In this document: positions 12,791-27,462 of the stretch, in pieces | Numbering within the stretch: position 1 is the stretch's first letter | Layout of the letters: every line of letters starts with the position of its first letter | Origin: Octopus sinensis | Lineage: Eukaryota | NCBI RefSeq assembly: GCF_006345805.1 | Contig: NC_043000.1 | Coordinates: 31,806,001-31,870,000 of the forward strand | Direction: 5' to 3' | Length of the DNA stretch: 64,000 nucleotides | Made by a program: the position numbers and the translations under genes | Notes under the pieces: generated by a model | The model's input: the letters and a program-made list of their open reading frames with translations, nothing else | Database searches by the model: none | What the model was told of the DNA's origin: nothing

Positions 12791-13589
12791 ACCCCATCCT
12801 CACCAATTAAGAGGTTGACAAAATATTTCAACGGCAAACAGACTGTATTCTTCGGTCAAAATCATGTTTGTAGCGGTTACAAAAACAAAACGATGAACGA
12901 TTAGCTAAATGTAGACACCTCATTAAGATCTGTTAAGGCATGCCAATGGCTGTGAAAATATGGGAGATTTTTCTGTTGTAACATGTGCTCGACTTTCTCT
13001 CTGGAAGTTTACCTCGTAAAACCAGTAACAGTCTCATATAGGCTGGGACCTTTGGTCAAACACACACTTATGTTACTCAAGTTGGTATATCAGTGCCAAA
13101 AGAGATCAGAAATATTATTCCACTGAACATATATTTCGTAAATTCAGTACCAAAATATCTTGAAAACCATTTGCCAAAAAGTGTATTTTATTAATAAAAT
13201 ATTATACAATGTCTAATACAATACATTGTGAAAAAAGCGATAGATTAGGATAATAAGATCAATGAAAAGCAAATCTATTTTTTATCAAAGACTAACAATG
13301 CACCATTCCAGTTTAGGGCCGTTATGATTCAAACATTAAAAGTGATAGATTTTAAGAAATACTTAATCTCCGAGAGAAATTTATTTAATGTTAATTTAAT
13401 GTTAATTTATTTAATTTGTAAATGTAAACACGATGAAACGAAAAAGTAAAAACACCTTTTGAAGTACATTGGGTTCTTTTTTTTTTTTTTCATGAAACAA
13501 TGGCTGTTAGTTTAATCAGAAACATTTTCACTGCCAAATTAAGAGAGAATTTAGTGTAACACAATGGAAAGTCGATCAGCTTGAACAGA

Positions 13590-13755
13590 CGCACGCGCAC
13601 ACACATTCACACACACTCACACATGCACATACGTATACACACACGTACACATACAGATATATATATATATATATATATATATGTATACGTATGTGTATAC
13701 ACACACAAGTATATCTATGCGAATGTATGTGTACATATGTACATATGTATGTATG

Positions 13756-13786
<31 letters not shown>

Positions 13787-13995
13787 CATACACATACATA
13801 CATAATCACATACATTACATAATACATACATACATAGATACATATATACATATATATAATATATATATATTATATATATATATTATATATATATATATAG
13901 ATAATATATAATATATATATATAATATATATAGATATATTATATATATATATATAATATATATTATATATTATAATATATATATATATATATGCA
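13590..13995. repeat. Compound (CA)/(TA)/(TACA) low-complexity tract
   Basis: Directly visible. Confidence 0.93.
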
Positions 13996-14004
13996 TGTAT
14001 CTGT

Positions 14005-14549
<545 letters not shown>

Positions 14550-14999
14550 GTATGTATATCTGGTAAAACTTTTTATTGAATAAAACAAAATGTAGATTCG
14601 ATTTGAACCGGAAGCAAGTCTAAAAGTTGTGCACTGTTCGTAAACATAGGTAAATTGTAATAAATATTTTTAATAAACTCAGATAAACCTCGTCAGACTT
14701 TGGCCAGTGGTGACCACAGCCATACCTGACTGAATTACTCCAACGTTGCTATGGAATACAGACATGATTGAGTATCAGAAAAAAATATATTCTATTAGAA
14801 TAGGGTTCCAAAAGGATTTCGTATGTCGGCAACAAAACATTGCAGAACTAAGTTACATAAATACATTTCTAGGAAGCTTGCGTTACAATTGTCGCAGAAG
14901 AGGTCTTCAATATTTTTGACTTACGACACACTGAAGATTATATACACATATACAGACATGGTAGTTGTCTACTCCTCATGCCGAGTCTGGCCATCTCTT

Positions 15000-15665
15000 G
15001 TACCTACATCATAGATCCATCATGGCGTTTGATGTGGCTCTTTAAACTAGACAATGTATTGAAAAGACACCCACGTAGATTGCATATCTGATTCGGACCA
15101 TCAAAAGCTGTTGTCAAGTTATACACATACGTACGTACATACATGGTGGCTGCCCCCTCGTTATCGAATATGGCCATTGCACGAAGCTTAATCAATGTTG
15201 TTATCGTGCAATGCCTGTGCAAGAAGATTTCTTTAAAAGTGAGGAAAGGCTGTGCACTGAGTCAATCCCACTCACTAAGCAACGGCAGCCATAATCCGAA
15301 AAGAAGAAGAAGTCAACATCATCGGTAACCACTGAGCCGCAGGTTTTATGTCGGAGTTATTCCAGTTACCTGAGTTACCTTCTTCTAGAAGGATGCCCTA
15401 ACAAAAGCTAGGAGTCCTTCACTCCCAATGGTTTAACCGCGCGATCGGGTATTCAGTCCGATTATTTCTATGTCCCCGCGCATGATTATAGCCTTAAGAC
15501 ATTTATTGGCTGGCCGTTGACTCTCAAGAGTTCCTCCGCCCTTTGACGGGTTTTGTTTTTCATCTCGCAGGGTGTCCAATAAACACCCTCCTCACCAAGC
15601 AAGCTTGGTAGGGTTGCCGGTTTGACCGCACGCCCGAACCCGCATCATGCAACACAGGTTGTACT
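15000..15665 (-). mobile_element. RTE-like relics (5'-UTR-like segment and C-terminal zinc-finger-like segment)
   Basis: Minus strand encodes CNLRGCLFNTLSSLKSHIKRH (CxxxxC...H-type finger as at RTE C-termini). 15330-15660 resembles RTE 5' ends (CTAGCTTTTGTTAGGGCATCCTTCTAGAAGAAGG). The classification is from memory. Confidence 0.4.
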
Positions 15666-15714
15666 GGGTGGTACATGTTACCAGTAGCACTCGCAAGTGA
15701 CCCCCTGATCATAC

Positions 15715-15930
15715 ATACCATGACATACATACACACACACACATACACATACACATACACACACATACACACATACATACATACATACATACATACATAC
15801 ATACATACATACATACATACATACATACATACATACATACATACATACGTACGTACATACATACGTACGTACGTACGTACATACATATATATGCATACTT
15901 ACATACGTGCGTTCGTAACTATGTATGTAT
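15715..15930. repeat. (CA)/(TACA)n/(TACG) tract
   Basis: Directly visible. Confidence 0.95.
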
Positions 15931-15950
15931 GTCTTTATGTATGGAAGTAT

Positions 15951-16351
15951 GAATGGAAGCACTCCGTCGGTTACGACGATGAGGGTTCCGGTTGATCCGA
16001 ATCAACGGAACAGCCTGCTCGTGAAATACCGTGTAAGTGGCTGAGCACTCCACAGACACGTGTACCCTTAACGTAGTTCTCAGGAAATTCAGCGTGACAC
16101 AAGAGATGACAAGGCCGCGGCCCTTGAAATACAGGTACAACAGAAAAGAAGAGGTAAGAGTGAGAGAGAGGAAAAGTTGTGTGAAAGGTGAAAGAGTACA
16201 GCAGGGATCACCACCATTCCCTGCCGGAGCCTCGTGGAGCTTTTACGTGTTTTCGCTCAATGAACACTCACAACGCCTGGTCTGGGAATCGAAACCGCGA
16301 TCCTATGACCGCGAGTCCGCTGCCCTAACCACTGGGCCATTGCGCCTCCAC
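15951..16351 (-). mobile_element. Full-length tRNA-derived SINE, head H1 plus 3' domain N, with 12-bp TSD
   Basis: Head GTGGAGGCGCAATGGCCCAGTGGTTAGGGCAGCGGACTCGCGGTCATAGGATCGCGGTTTCGATTCCC. TSD GTATGGAAGTAT at 15939-15950 and 16352-16363. The 3' half is homologous to 57648-57827. Confidence 0.92.
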
Positions 16352-16599
16352 GTATGGAAGTATAGTGAACTTGTGAAGGCAGAATGTAATGGGAAATGGC
16401 AACACAAGAGGAACAAGATTCATTGAATAATGTTTCAGTCTTTTAAAAGGATCATAATAAATTCTTAACATTTCAGCGACTCTTCTTCCATCTTCAAAAG
16501 AATAGCATTGAAAAAAAAATGAAGGATAATTGTGAAAGAGGAAAAGTTACTAAGAAGAAAAATACCGGATGAGGTGTTGAAAGGGAAATTCAAGAGGAA

Positions 16600-16665
<66 letters not shown>

Positions 16666-17049
16666 GTGTATTGTTCCACTTCGTAAAGAAAGTTAAGCCT
16701 AATAATGTTATAAGTTAGAAACATTGTTATGTTAAACCTGCGTGCGTCACAAGGGCTATTTACGTACGCCGTGGGATTTCAAATTATAATTTAAACTTGT
16801 AGAAAATCGATAATAATCGAACGTGCGGAAAACGTGTTGTTCGTAACATTGCTAAAGACACATATGACTGATAAAACAAGGTTACCACTAATTTTTAGGC
16901 TATTCTTTCCTTTAGTTCGAATTTTCATGCGAAAAGCGACAATAATAATATTATTTGTATTATTACTGAATCTCTATTACTTCCAGTAATACTGCACGAG
17001 ATGTCACGAAACCTTTTTTATGAAAATATATATGCTAGAATGTTACCCG

Positions 17050-17255
17050 TCATATATATATACATATATATACATATTTATACATATATATACATATATA
17101 TACATATATACATATATATACATACATATATATTATATATATATATATATACACAAAAGTTTGCTTTCAAAGAATACTTTTGTCATGCATACACAACACA
17201 CACTCACACACACACATACACACACATATATACATAAGTGTATATATATATATAT

Positions 17256-17314
<59 letters not shown>

Positions 17315-17450
17315 CATATATACATATATATATGTATATATGTGTGTGTATGTGTGTGTGAGTGTTATATATATATTATATATATATGTGTGTGGTGTGT
17401 GTGTGTGTGGTGTGTGTGTTGTGTGTGTGTGTGTGTTTGTGTGTGTGTAT
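17050..17450. repeat. Compound (TA)/(CA)/(TG) tract
   Basis: Directly visible. Further tracts at 16605-16662 (TG), 17790-17836 (CT) and 18330-18555. Confidence 0.93.
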
Positions 17451-18328
17451 ACATGACAAAAGTATACTTTGAAAGCAAACTTTTGCCACTGTAATATCAT
17501 GAAATATACCATACGTACAATAGTTATAATTTGTATTTTATCAAACTTCTTGGGCTTAATACAAAATGATGAAACGCATGATATGTTTCAAAAGAACCTT
17601 ATTTTAGAAAGTGAAATTTTAAAAACCAATTTCTCCTCTGTATATTTACAATAGATGTTAATTTTTTTCGCTAAATTTTATCAACATTATCGCAATCTAC
17701 TCTAACAACAACCCATTTCTACAAAATTTCATTAGAAATGAGTTTTAATACATTCATCCTGTACCTCTTATATTAACCCTATCTCTTTTTCACTCTCTCT
17801 CCCTCTCCTCCTCTCTCTCTCTCTCTCTCTCTCTCTTCCCTCTTCCCTATTAGGTAAAGCGTGACTGGAGAAACCAATCAAACAACCAGCAACCCAACCA
17901 ATATTTATATTGGCTCTTCTTAGAGATAATTGCTGCTACAAGATTCGTTGATTATAAAAATAATTAAAATTTAAAATTCAGAAATTCAAATAATGGATTT
18001 GCTGTTTAAGCCTCCAGTATTTCGTCTTCTGAAATCGAAGCAATGATCTGGTTCTTTTCTTGTATCATCTTTTCTGACAAATTCTGAGATGATTTTTGTA
18101 TTAATGTCTCAAACATAAGCTGTTAGATCCCTTCCATCGTCTGGAAATAGAATTATGTCTTTTAGCAGTCTATTCTGACGCAAGTAATCCGCCCTGGGTT
18201 CGTTCAAATGTTCTTAACCAATTCAGCAAACCAATCAATAACGAACCTATAATAACTACCGGAAACAACTGTAAGTCAAATTTACTATTGTAAAGCAATA
18301 TGCAATGACCATTATTTATGCCCTCTCT

Positions 18329-18363
<35 letters not shown>

Positions 18364-18431
18364 CTGTGTGTGTGTGTATATATATATAATATAATACACA
18401 CACAGACACACACACATACACACACACATAT

Positions 18432-18472
<41 letters not shown>

Positions 18473-18557
18473 GACACACACACATACACACATATATACA
18501 TATATAAGACAGGGCATAACCAGTAAAAGTGTATATATATATATATATATATATACA

Positions 18558-18778
18558 CTTTTACTCGTTTATTCTTTTACTTGTTTCAGTCATTTGACTG
18601 TGGCCATGCTGGAGCACCGCATTTAGTCGAGCAAATCGACCGGAACTTATTCTTTGTAAGCCTAGTACTTATTCTATCGGTTCTATTTTGCCGAACCGCT
18701 AAGTTACGGTGACCTAAACACACCAGCATCGTTGTCAAGTGATGTTGGGGGAGACAAACTTATACACACACATACATA

Positions 18779-18875
<97 letters not shown>

Positions 18876-19039
18876 CGACGGGCTTCTTTCAGTTTCCGTC
18901 TAACAAATTCACTCACAAGGCTTTGGTCGGCCCGAGGCTATAGTAGAAGACACTTGCCCAAGGTGCCACGCAGTAGGACTGAACCCGGAATCATGTGGTT
19001 CGTAAGCATGCTACTTACCACACAGCTACTCCTACGCCT
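18558..19039 (-). mobile_element. Bipartite SINE family C with internal (TA)n-(GA)n
   Basis: Reverse complement of both modules. Internal microsatellite at about 18765-18875. Confidence 0.92.
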
Positions 19040-19794
19040 GGATTTATATATATATACACGTTTAGGCATTTGTTTTTCAAGATCCTTGAGTGTGAACACG
19101 TGTTTTGATACAGATACTGTAATACTCGGGGATGGTCATTTTTTGCCCATTAAACAAAGACACTATTTATTCGATTTCCACTGGTTTTATTCGTCTTAAT
19201 TTTATTTTATTTGTCTGCCAATGTTATTTCGTCACACATGCTGTGCCCTTATCAGTGCCTCTCTGTCCCAAGTGTCATTTTTTGACCTGCTAATTCTAAA
19301 ATGGAATAAGCAGAACAAAAGGAAAAACAAAAGACTTCTTAAGAACTACCAGCTGTTCAATAGTCCACAAATACCTAGAAAAGCCCCCCCCCCCCCCCAC
19401 CCCCCCCACCCCCACTCCCATAGAAGAAACTTAGTCTTCCAGTTGAGAGCCACGTCTTTGCTATTTCGGAGGAGTGTTTATATACTACACAAAGCACCTA
19501 CATTAGCAGACACACCTTTCATTTCTCGTCTGCAAATTGACACACGGGAGTGTGGTCTGAGAAAGAAATCAAGAATATACGTTCTTAGCGTGTTATTGAT
19601 TCCATTTGTGGTAAAGTAAACAAGAACCTATGATCGAATATTATAATTAAAACGAATAAATAAAACGAGAAAAGATCATCAGCAGTAGTAGCCGCAGTAG
19701 CAACAGCAGCTGTATTCACCATGCCAAGATAAACAAGACAGGAATTTTAACCAAATCCTACACATGTACTCAATCGCATTATTCTTAAACATTT

Positions 19795-19955
19795 ATACGT
19801 ATGTGTATGTGTATGTGTGTTTGTATATGTGTGCACATACACATATGTATGTATATATATATATATATACGTATTTATATATATATATTATGTATATATA
19901 TATATATATTATATTATATAATATACATCCATATATACATATATATGTATACATT

Positions 19956-20003
<48 letters not shown>

Positions 20004-20180
20004 CACACGGAGTGTATATGATGTATATGTGAGTATATGTATACGCGTATGTATGTAGTATGTATGTATGTATGTATGTATGTATGTATGTAGGTAGGTA
20101 GGTAGGTAGGTAGGTAGGTAGGTAGGTAGGTAGGTAGGTAGGTAGGTAGGTAGGTAGGTAGGTAGGTAGGTTTGTAAGTA
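19795..20180. repeat. Compound (TA)n-(TATG)n-(TAGG)n
   Basis: Directly visible. Another (CA)-(TA)-(TG) tract at 20510-20600. Confidence 0.95.
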
Positions 20181-20506
20181 TGTGTGTACTCGCATAAATG
20201 TCGGATAAAGCAACAAAATGAAAACAACCAAACGTTGAGTAAGTGTATGGTTGAAAATATCCCAAGAAACGCAATCTGTCTAAGTCTACCGTGAGTTCAA
20301 TTATGTCAGCAAAGCAATGGAAGTGAACACTGCATCACTCAACGAAATTAAAAGTCAGATCGTCAAAAGCAAATATCAAAAATACAAGATTGTCTTGCAG
20401 GAAAAAAAATATTGGGCATCGCTTTTTTACGATGAAATAATGTCACGAAACACGTATATTGAAGACAAACGAAAAACAACCAAACAGGAATGTGTATATG
20501 TGTGTT

Positions 20507-20583
<77 letters not shown>

Positions 20584-20877
20584 GTGTGTGTGTGTGTATA
20601 CTCATGGATGTACAAACGAAAAATACATTGTCATGCATATAAATATTGAAGAAGAGAGTATGAGTGAGATCAGCGGAGTGAGAGGGAGAGGGAGATGAAG
20701 AGGTGGAGAAGTAAGTGGACGGAACCATGTCAGAACATTAGTGTTTCCTCTTCTCGTTTGCCAAATGACACCAGCTGCAAGATCTTATCTGTTGGTCGCA
20801 ACAGCTGGAGTAGATTACGAGAGGAAGAGAAAAGTCAATTCGTAGAGACAACGACATACGGAATACGGCAAATGATA

Positions 20878-20953
20878 GTATAATAATAATATAATAATAA
20901 ATAATAATAATAATACATAATAATAATAATAATAATAATTAATAATAATAATG

Positions 20954-20999
<46 letters not shown>

Positions 21000-21091
21000 T
21001 AATAATAGTAATAATAATAATAATGATATGATAATAATAATAATAATAATATAATACTAATAATAATATAATAATAATGATAATAATAATA

Positions 21092-21122
<31 letters not shown>

Positions 21123-21192
21123 TAATAATAAAATAGTAATCTATAATATAATGATAATGATATAATAATAATAATAATAATAATTAATAATT

Positions 21193-21230
<38 letters not shown>

Positions 21231-21315
21231 TGATAATAATAATATAATAATGATAATGATTATAATATAATAATAATAATAATAATAGTAATAATAATAA
21301 TAATGATAATGATAA
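20878..21315. repeat. Long imperfect (AAT)n/(GAT)
   Basis: About 440 bp of interrupted AAT units. (TA)-rich tract follows at 21510-21800 and (TAG)n at 21920-21977. Confidence 0.95.
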
Positions 21316-21508
21316 TGTTCAACAAGACCAGATTTGCTTTTTCTGCAATAATTATTATCTGCTCTATTCCCTCCGTACCCCCCCACCCCCGCCCGACCCC
21401 TCCGTCCACCATATGTCCCTATATCTCTACCTCTCCTCCTGTGTCTCCTACTCTGCCCATCACTCATCACCCTATCCCTCTTGTCCAAGCAAAGCTATAT
21501 TGTCTATG

Positions 21509-21544
<36 letters not shown>

Positions 21545-21937
21545 ATTTATATTTATATATAATATATTATATATATATATATATATCTATATATCTATAT
21601 ACTATATACATATTACATATACATATACATATATATATATATATATATAACACACATATTATATTATATATATATTATATATATATATTATATAGTATAT
21701 ATATATATATGGATGTATGTATGCATGATTGAATGCATATTTGCTCATGTATATATGTGTGTGCATATAAATGCATGTATATATATGTACATGAATATAT
21801 GTACATGTATCCATTACGTTGTGCAAGCAAACCAATCCTCAGTTTGTGGTCCATGCATTCACTCAACTGATTGTCGATACTGACAAATGAGCTGTTGGAC
21901 AATGACATTGCAAATAATAATAGTAGTAGTAGTAGTA

Positions 21938-21977
<40 letters not shown>

Positions 21978-22176
21978 CCTTTCTTTATTGCTCACAAGGG
22001 TCCATATGTACACAATGCAAAACGTGTCATACAAAAAGGTTACAAAGCTTGTGCGTTTATCTATCTATCAATCTTGCCTCATGTTCTGCTTGTCTGTCTT
22101 TCTTTCTCTCTGTCCCTGTCTCTGTCTATATCTATCTCTCCCCCCTCTCTCTCTCTGTATATATATATATATATAT

Positions 22177-22328
22177 GTGCTTCTCTCCTTGTTTTTTCTG
22201 TGTCCTTTTCTGTAGAAGAGCATAGGCTCGAAACGTAAAAGACTTTTTCTATCCCTGAGCATTATACTAATACATCTGTTTGTTTTGTACACCACCTGTC
22301 TTCTTCTTGTTTTTTCGTAAACTCTCCC
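22177..22328 (+). mobile_element. Short non-coding element family A (Penelope-terminus-like, hammerhead-like motif), flanked by (TA)n
   Basis: CTGTAGA-A-GAGC-ATAG-GCTC-GAAACGTA at 22210-22237. Homologous copies at 39097-39303, 44564-44703 and 60878-61045. Confidence 0.8.
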
Positions 22329-22355
22329 TATATATATATATATATATATATAATA

Positions 22356-22490
22356 GTTGTTGAGAGTCAACAGCCATTGCAAGACGCAACGAAATTTTTA
22401 GAAAAATAAATAAATGAGTGGAAATTTTACCGGTGAGTGTGCTAAATTATAAGGCACTAAAAGAGAATGGGTCTCTCCAGACACAACAGA
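22356..22490. repeat. Unclassified interspersed repeat Y
   Basis: GCAAGACGCAAC...GTGGAAATTTTACCGGTGAGTGTG is shared with about 40068-40150. Confidence 0.65.
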
Positions 22491-22528
22491 ATATATATAT
22501 ATATATATCTATATATATATATTATATA

Positions 22529-23304
22529 GCCGAAATTGCGAGGATGATCCGGTTCTTGACTGAAGATTAAAGGCTTCGAATGACCAGTCCGTGTTTTTTG
22601 GATCGTCTTCTGAATGTTTTGCGTTCTTGTCCCATTTTGTATATATATATATATATAGCGACGCACGTACCCTTTATTCTCTTATATGTAAGTACACATT
22701 TCTCTAAACTTGGTACGACTCTACAATACTGTTTCTCTCCCACCTTTCCTACATTTCTTTGCCTTTCTTACTTTGCACTTCACTTTGTCCCTGTCTGTTT
22801 TCTTGCTCTCTCTCTTCTCCCCCTCCTTAATTCCTCTGTCCCTCTTTTCCTCTCTCTTCTCTTCAGACGTGACCGACTGGCTAACTACTGGCCTTTTGGG
22901 TCTGGCAGCGGTCGTGGTAACATCAACATTTTTTCTCTGCCCCAAGGCACATTCCTAACACGCCAGCTGATTTCAATTCGTCTAAGTCGAAAGACGCCTG
23001 TTGTGATGTCCTGTTATTTTTATTATTATTATTATTGTTTTTTCGTATTATTTTTGTATTCATATTCGTGTAACATCGTCCGTTTTTTCGTCCTTGTTTC
23101 GTATACATTCGGAGCTTTTTTCCAAAGAATCTAATGCGCTTAGTTTTTCCTTGGGGATGGCCAGATTGGAGCAATCTCAAGATTAATCAGCCGATTAATT
23201 GCGAGGATGATCCGGTTCTTGACTGAAGATTGAAGGCTTCGAATGACCCGTCCGTGTTTTTGTATCGTCTTCTGAATGTTTTGCGTTCTTGTCCCATTTT
23301 GTAT
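22529..23304 (+). mobile_element. Non-coding element with ~114-bp direct terminal repeats (period 663 bp), Penelope pseudo-LTR-like
   Basis: 22529-22642 and 23190-23304 are near-identical (3-4 differences), and each is followed by (TA)n. The interior has no credible ORF. Confidence 0.7.
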
Positions 23305-23329
23305 TTATATATATATATATAATATAAAA

Positions 23330-24048
23330 CTAGGGTATAGTGTAGCCTTCTACCTCGTCAGCTCTGGTCAAACCGTCCAACCCATGCCAGCATGGTATGT
23401 AAAAAATGCCACAGAACCGCTATTATTAGAAGTAGGAAGGTCAGGCTTGTGTAGGATGAAAGATTGCAAATATAAAGCAATATACAAGAAATTGAAAACG
23501 ATTGAAAATGAAAATAGGTGGGTAAAGAAAAGAATGCATGGTCAATGTGATAGGGATGTTGAAGATAAGACGGGGAGAGAAAAAAAGATGGCTGTGGATG
23601 ACTAAATGAAAAAATGAGCAACTGGAAGGCCACGGGACCAAATGGAGTTCAAGGTTACTGGATCAAAAGATTTGGTGAATGTCATGCACGAAGAGCTGCG
23701 CAACTCACCTTGTTAAATGCCGACCAAGTAACACCAGAGTAGTTGACAATGGGTAGGAAAACGCTGTGCATGAAAAACATCGAAAAATGCAATGCGGTTG
23801 ACAATTACATGCCAATATCCTGTTTGCCACTTATATGGAAATTATTGACTGGAATACTCGCAGTCAATGTACGAACATCTGGAAAAACATGGAGTCCTGC
23901 CACATGAGCAGAAGGGTTGCAAGCGTAAGTGCAGAGGTACCCATGGTCAACTCCTGATAGACAAAACTGTACTTAGAGACTACAAGAGAAAGAAAGTAAC
24001 TTAACCATGTCATGGATCGACCATCGTAAGGCGTACGATATGATCCCG
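23330..24048 (+). mobile_element. R4/Dong-clade non-LTR retrotransposon fragments (rearranged)
   Basis: 23330-23630: AWYVKNATEPLL...WVKKRMHGQ (post-RT region, homologous to 55511-55680). 23630-24048: NWKATGPNGVQGYWIK...[19 protein letters not shown]...[12 protein letters not shown]...QLLIDK...AYDM (RT N-terminal motifs). Confidence 0.85.
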
Positions 24049-24133
24049 TCTCATAAGGGTACACCAGGCACATGCATTTCAACCATATGTGCGCAACATG
24101 GTGATCTCATATCAAGATAAACAGCGCATGACC

Positions 24134-24137
<4 letters not shown>
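24045..24137 (-). mobile_element. Element X fragment (X1)
   Basis: Matches the internal part of 25160-25600 (ATAAGGGTACACnAGGCACATGCAT...GATCTCATATCAAGATAAACAGC...ATGACCTTG). Confidence 0.85.
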
Positions 24138-24196
<59 letters not shown>

Positions 24197-24197
<1 letters not shown>

Positions 24198-25072
24198 GTT
24201 TTTTCCTTCTTTCTTCAAATTTTCTTCCGTTTCTCGCCGAGTGTTTTCCATACACCTGGTACAGAGAAGCTCATTGTATGCATTCCCAGATTACACGCGC
24301 AAATTCACAGATAAAATATGTATTTAAAAATTAATAAATAAATGAATTCATGGATGGATGTAGTTTTCACAGCGATAATGCTCTTCTCAGTACATGAGCC
24401 GTTCCAGTTAATACGGTTTTTTGTACTTCCTGTAGGGATGGTAAGCCTGGTATTATTTTCAAATAAGTTTCAGTGCCTTTTTTAATCATTCCTAGAGTTC
24501 CTACAATCACTAGTACTGTAGTCGCCTTGAGATGCCACATTTTAACAATTTCTATTAGCAAGTCTTTATATTTACTAATCTTGTCAAATTCTTTCGCCGC
24601 TATATTGTGATCGCAAAGAATACTCATGTCAATTAATAAACACATCCTTTTTGTCTGATCTTTTATAATGATATCCGGTTTATTAGCTTTAGTAGTTTTG
24701 TCGGTCTGTACGGGGAAGTCCCATAGAATAGACACATTTTCTCCCTCAGTCACAGCTTCAGGATGATGTTTATACCATTTGTCAGCGGTTTTGATTTTAT
24801 AATGCCGACATATTGTCCAGTGGAAATACTGGCCGACTCTGTCATGTCTTGCTTTATATTCTGCAGGTGCTAAGACTCTACACACTGAGATTAGGTGGTC
24901 TATTGTTTCAATCTCATTGTTACAGAATCGGCATTTTAGTTCAGCTCCATTTTTTATCACATTGGCTTGGTAATTCCGGGTTAATAAGCTTTGGTCTTGA
25001 GCAGCTAATATGAAACCTTCACTCTCTGCTTTTAGCCCTGAGCTTCGTAACCATTGGTGCGTGTGTTTTATC
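24197..25072 (-). mobile_element. R4/Dong-clade LINE D1, 5'-truncated: CCHC knuckle, restriction-like endonuclease and 3' UTR
   Basis: Open frame HQWLRSSGLKAESEGFILAAQDQSLLTRNY...CRFC...ETIDHLISVC...RHD...WD...NKPDIIIKD...LIDMS...KISKYKDL...GTAHVLRR. Bounded by (AAT)n on both sides. Confidence 0.95.
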
Positions 25073-25103
25073 ATTATGATTATTATTATTATTATTATTA
25101 TTA

Positions 25104-25145
<42 letters not shown>

Positions 25146-25159
25146 CATTATTATTATTG

Positions 25160-25600
25160 AGTGAGAGAGCAGTGCATGCCCTCAAAGTGACACTGGGGTA
25201 AAATATACGAAGCCCAGTATACCCATCATGACTACCCGCCTGATAAGGGTACACTAGGCACATGCATCACAACCATATGTGCGCGACATGGTGATCTCAT
25301 ATCAAAATAAACAGCATATGACCTTGCAGGTGGGGCCCAGTTAGAATTTTCTTCAGGTCGAGTAACCCATCTCACTCGAAAGGTCCCTGAATAAGGGTTG
25401 TTTAAGGATGTTGAACGAAACACCCATGTTTCCAGAGGTGAATTATTCAAACCCCAAAGAATCCCTCTCAACACATGGCTATGATGCTCCCCCACAACTT
25501 CTGCTCGTGATCAGAGATGCACATATCGTCAGCCACTAAGGGACATGCTCAACTGTTTAAAGTCAAACAACTGACAAGCAAATCTGTGGTTTCGAGCAGA
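25160..25600 (-). mobile_element. Element X (X2): non-coding element ending in (AAT)n
   Basis: Near-identical to 26969-27400. The 3' end CACTGCTCTCTCACTC-(AAT)n is the same in both copies. Confidence 0.85.
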
Positions 25601-25614
25601 ATTATTATTATTAT

Positions 25615-26968
<1,354 letters not shown>

Positions 26969-26969
<1 letters not shown>

Positions 26970-27462
26970 GAGTGAGAGAGCAGTGCATGCCCTCAAAGTG
27001 ACACTGGGGTAAAACATACCCATCATGACTACCCGTCTGATAAGGGTACACTAGGAACATGCATCACAACCATATGTGCGCGATATGGTGATCTCATATC
27101 AAGATAAACAGCACATGACCTTGCAGGTGGGGCCCAGTTAGAATTTTCTTCTGGTTGAGTAACCCATCCCGCTCAAAAGGTCCCTGAATAAGGGTTGTTT
27201 AAGGATGTTGAATGAAACACCCATGTTTCCAGAGGTGAATTATTCAAACCCCAAAGAATCCCTCTCAACACATGACTATGATGCTCCCCCACTACTTCTG
27301 CTCATGATCAGAGATGCACATATCGTCAGCCACTAAGGGACATGCTCAACTGGTTAAAGTCAAACAACTGACAAGCAAATCTGTGGTATTGAGCAGATTA
27401 TTTGCTGTAGCCCATCTTTTATACCAATTCAAAACTATGTACATGATAACACTTCCAACCAG

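Noticed and set aside
16270-16351. tRNA gene (also 4400-4480, 57510-57580, 62480-62550)
   Set aside because: The tRNA-like A/B boxes continue into SINE bodies, two of them with TSDs, and do not form full cloverleaves.
17990-18150. Possible minus-strand exon after TTCTATTTCCAG
   Set aside because: All three frames hit a stop soon after the acceptor.
24367-25263. 298-aa ORF as an intact gene
   Set aside because: Its N-terminus is read through element X and the (AAT)n tract by chance. Only the C-terminal ~230 aa are a truncated retrotransposon ORF with no RT.
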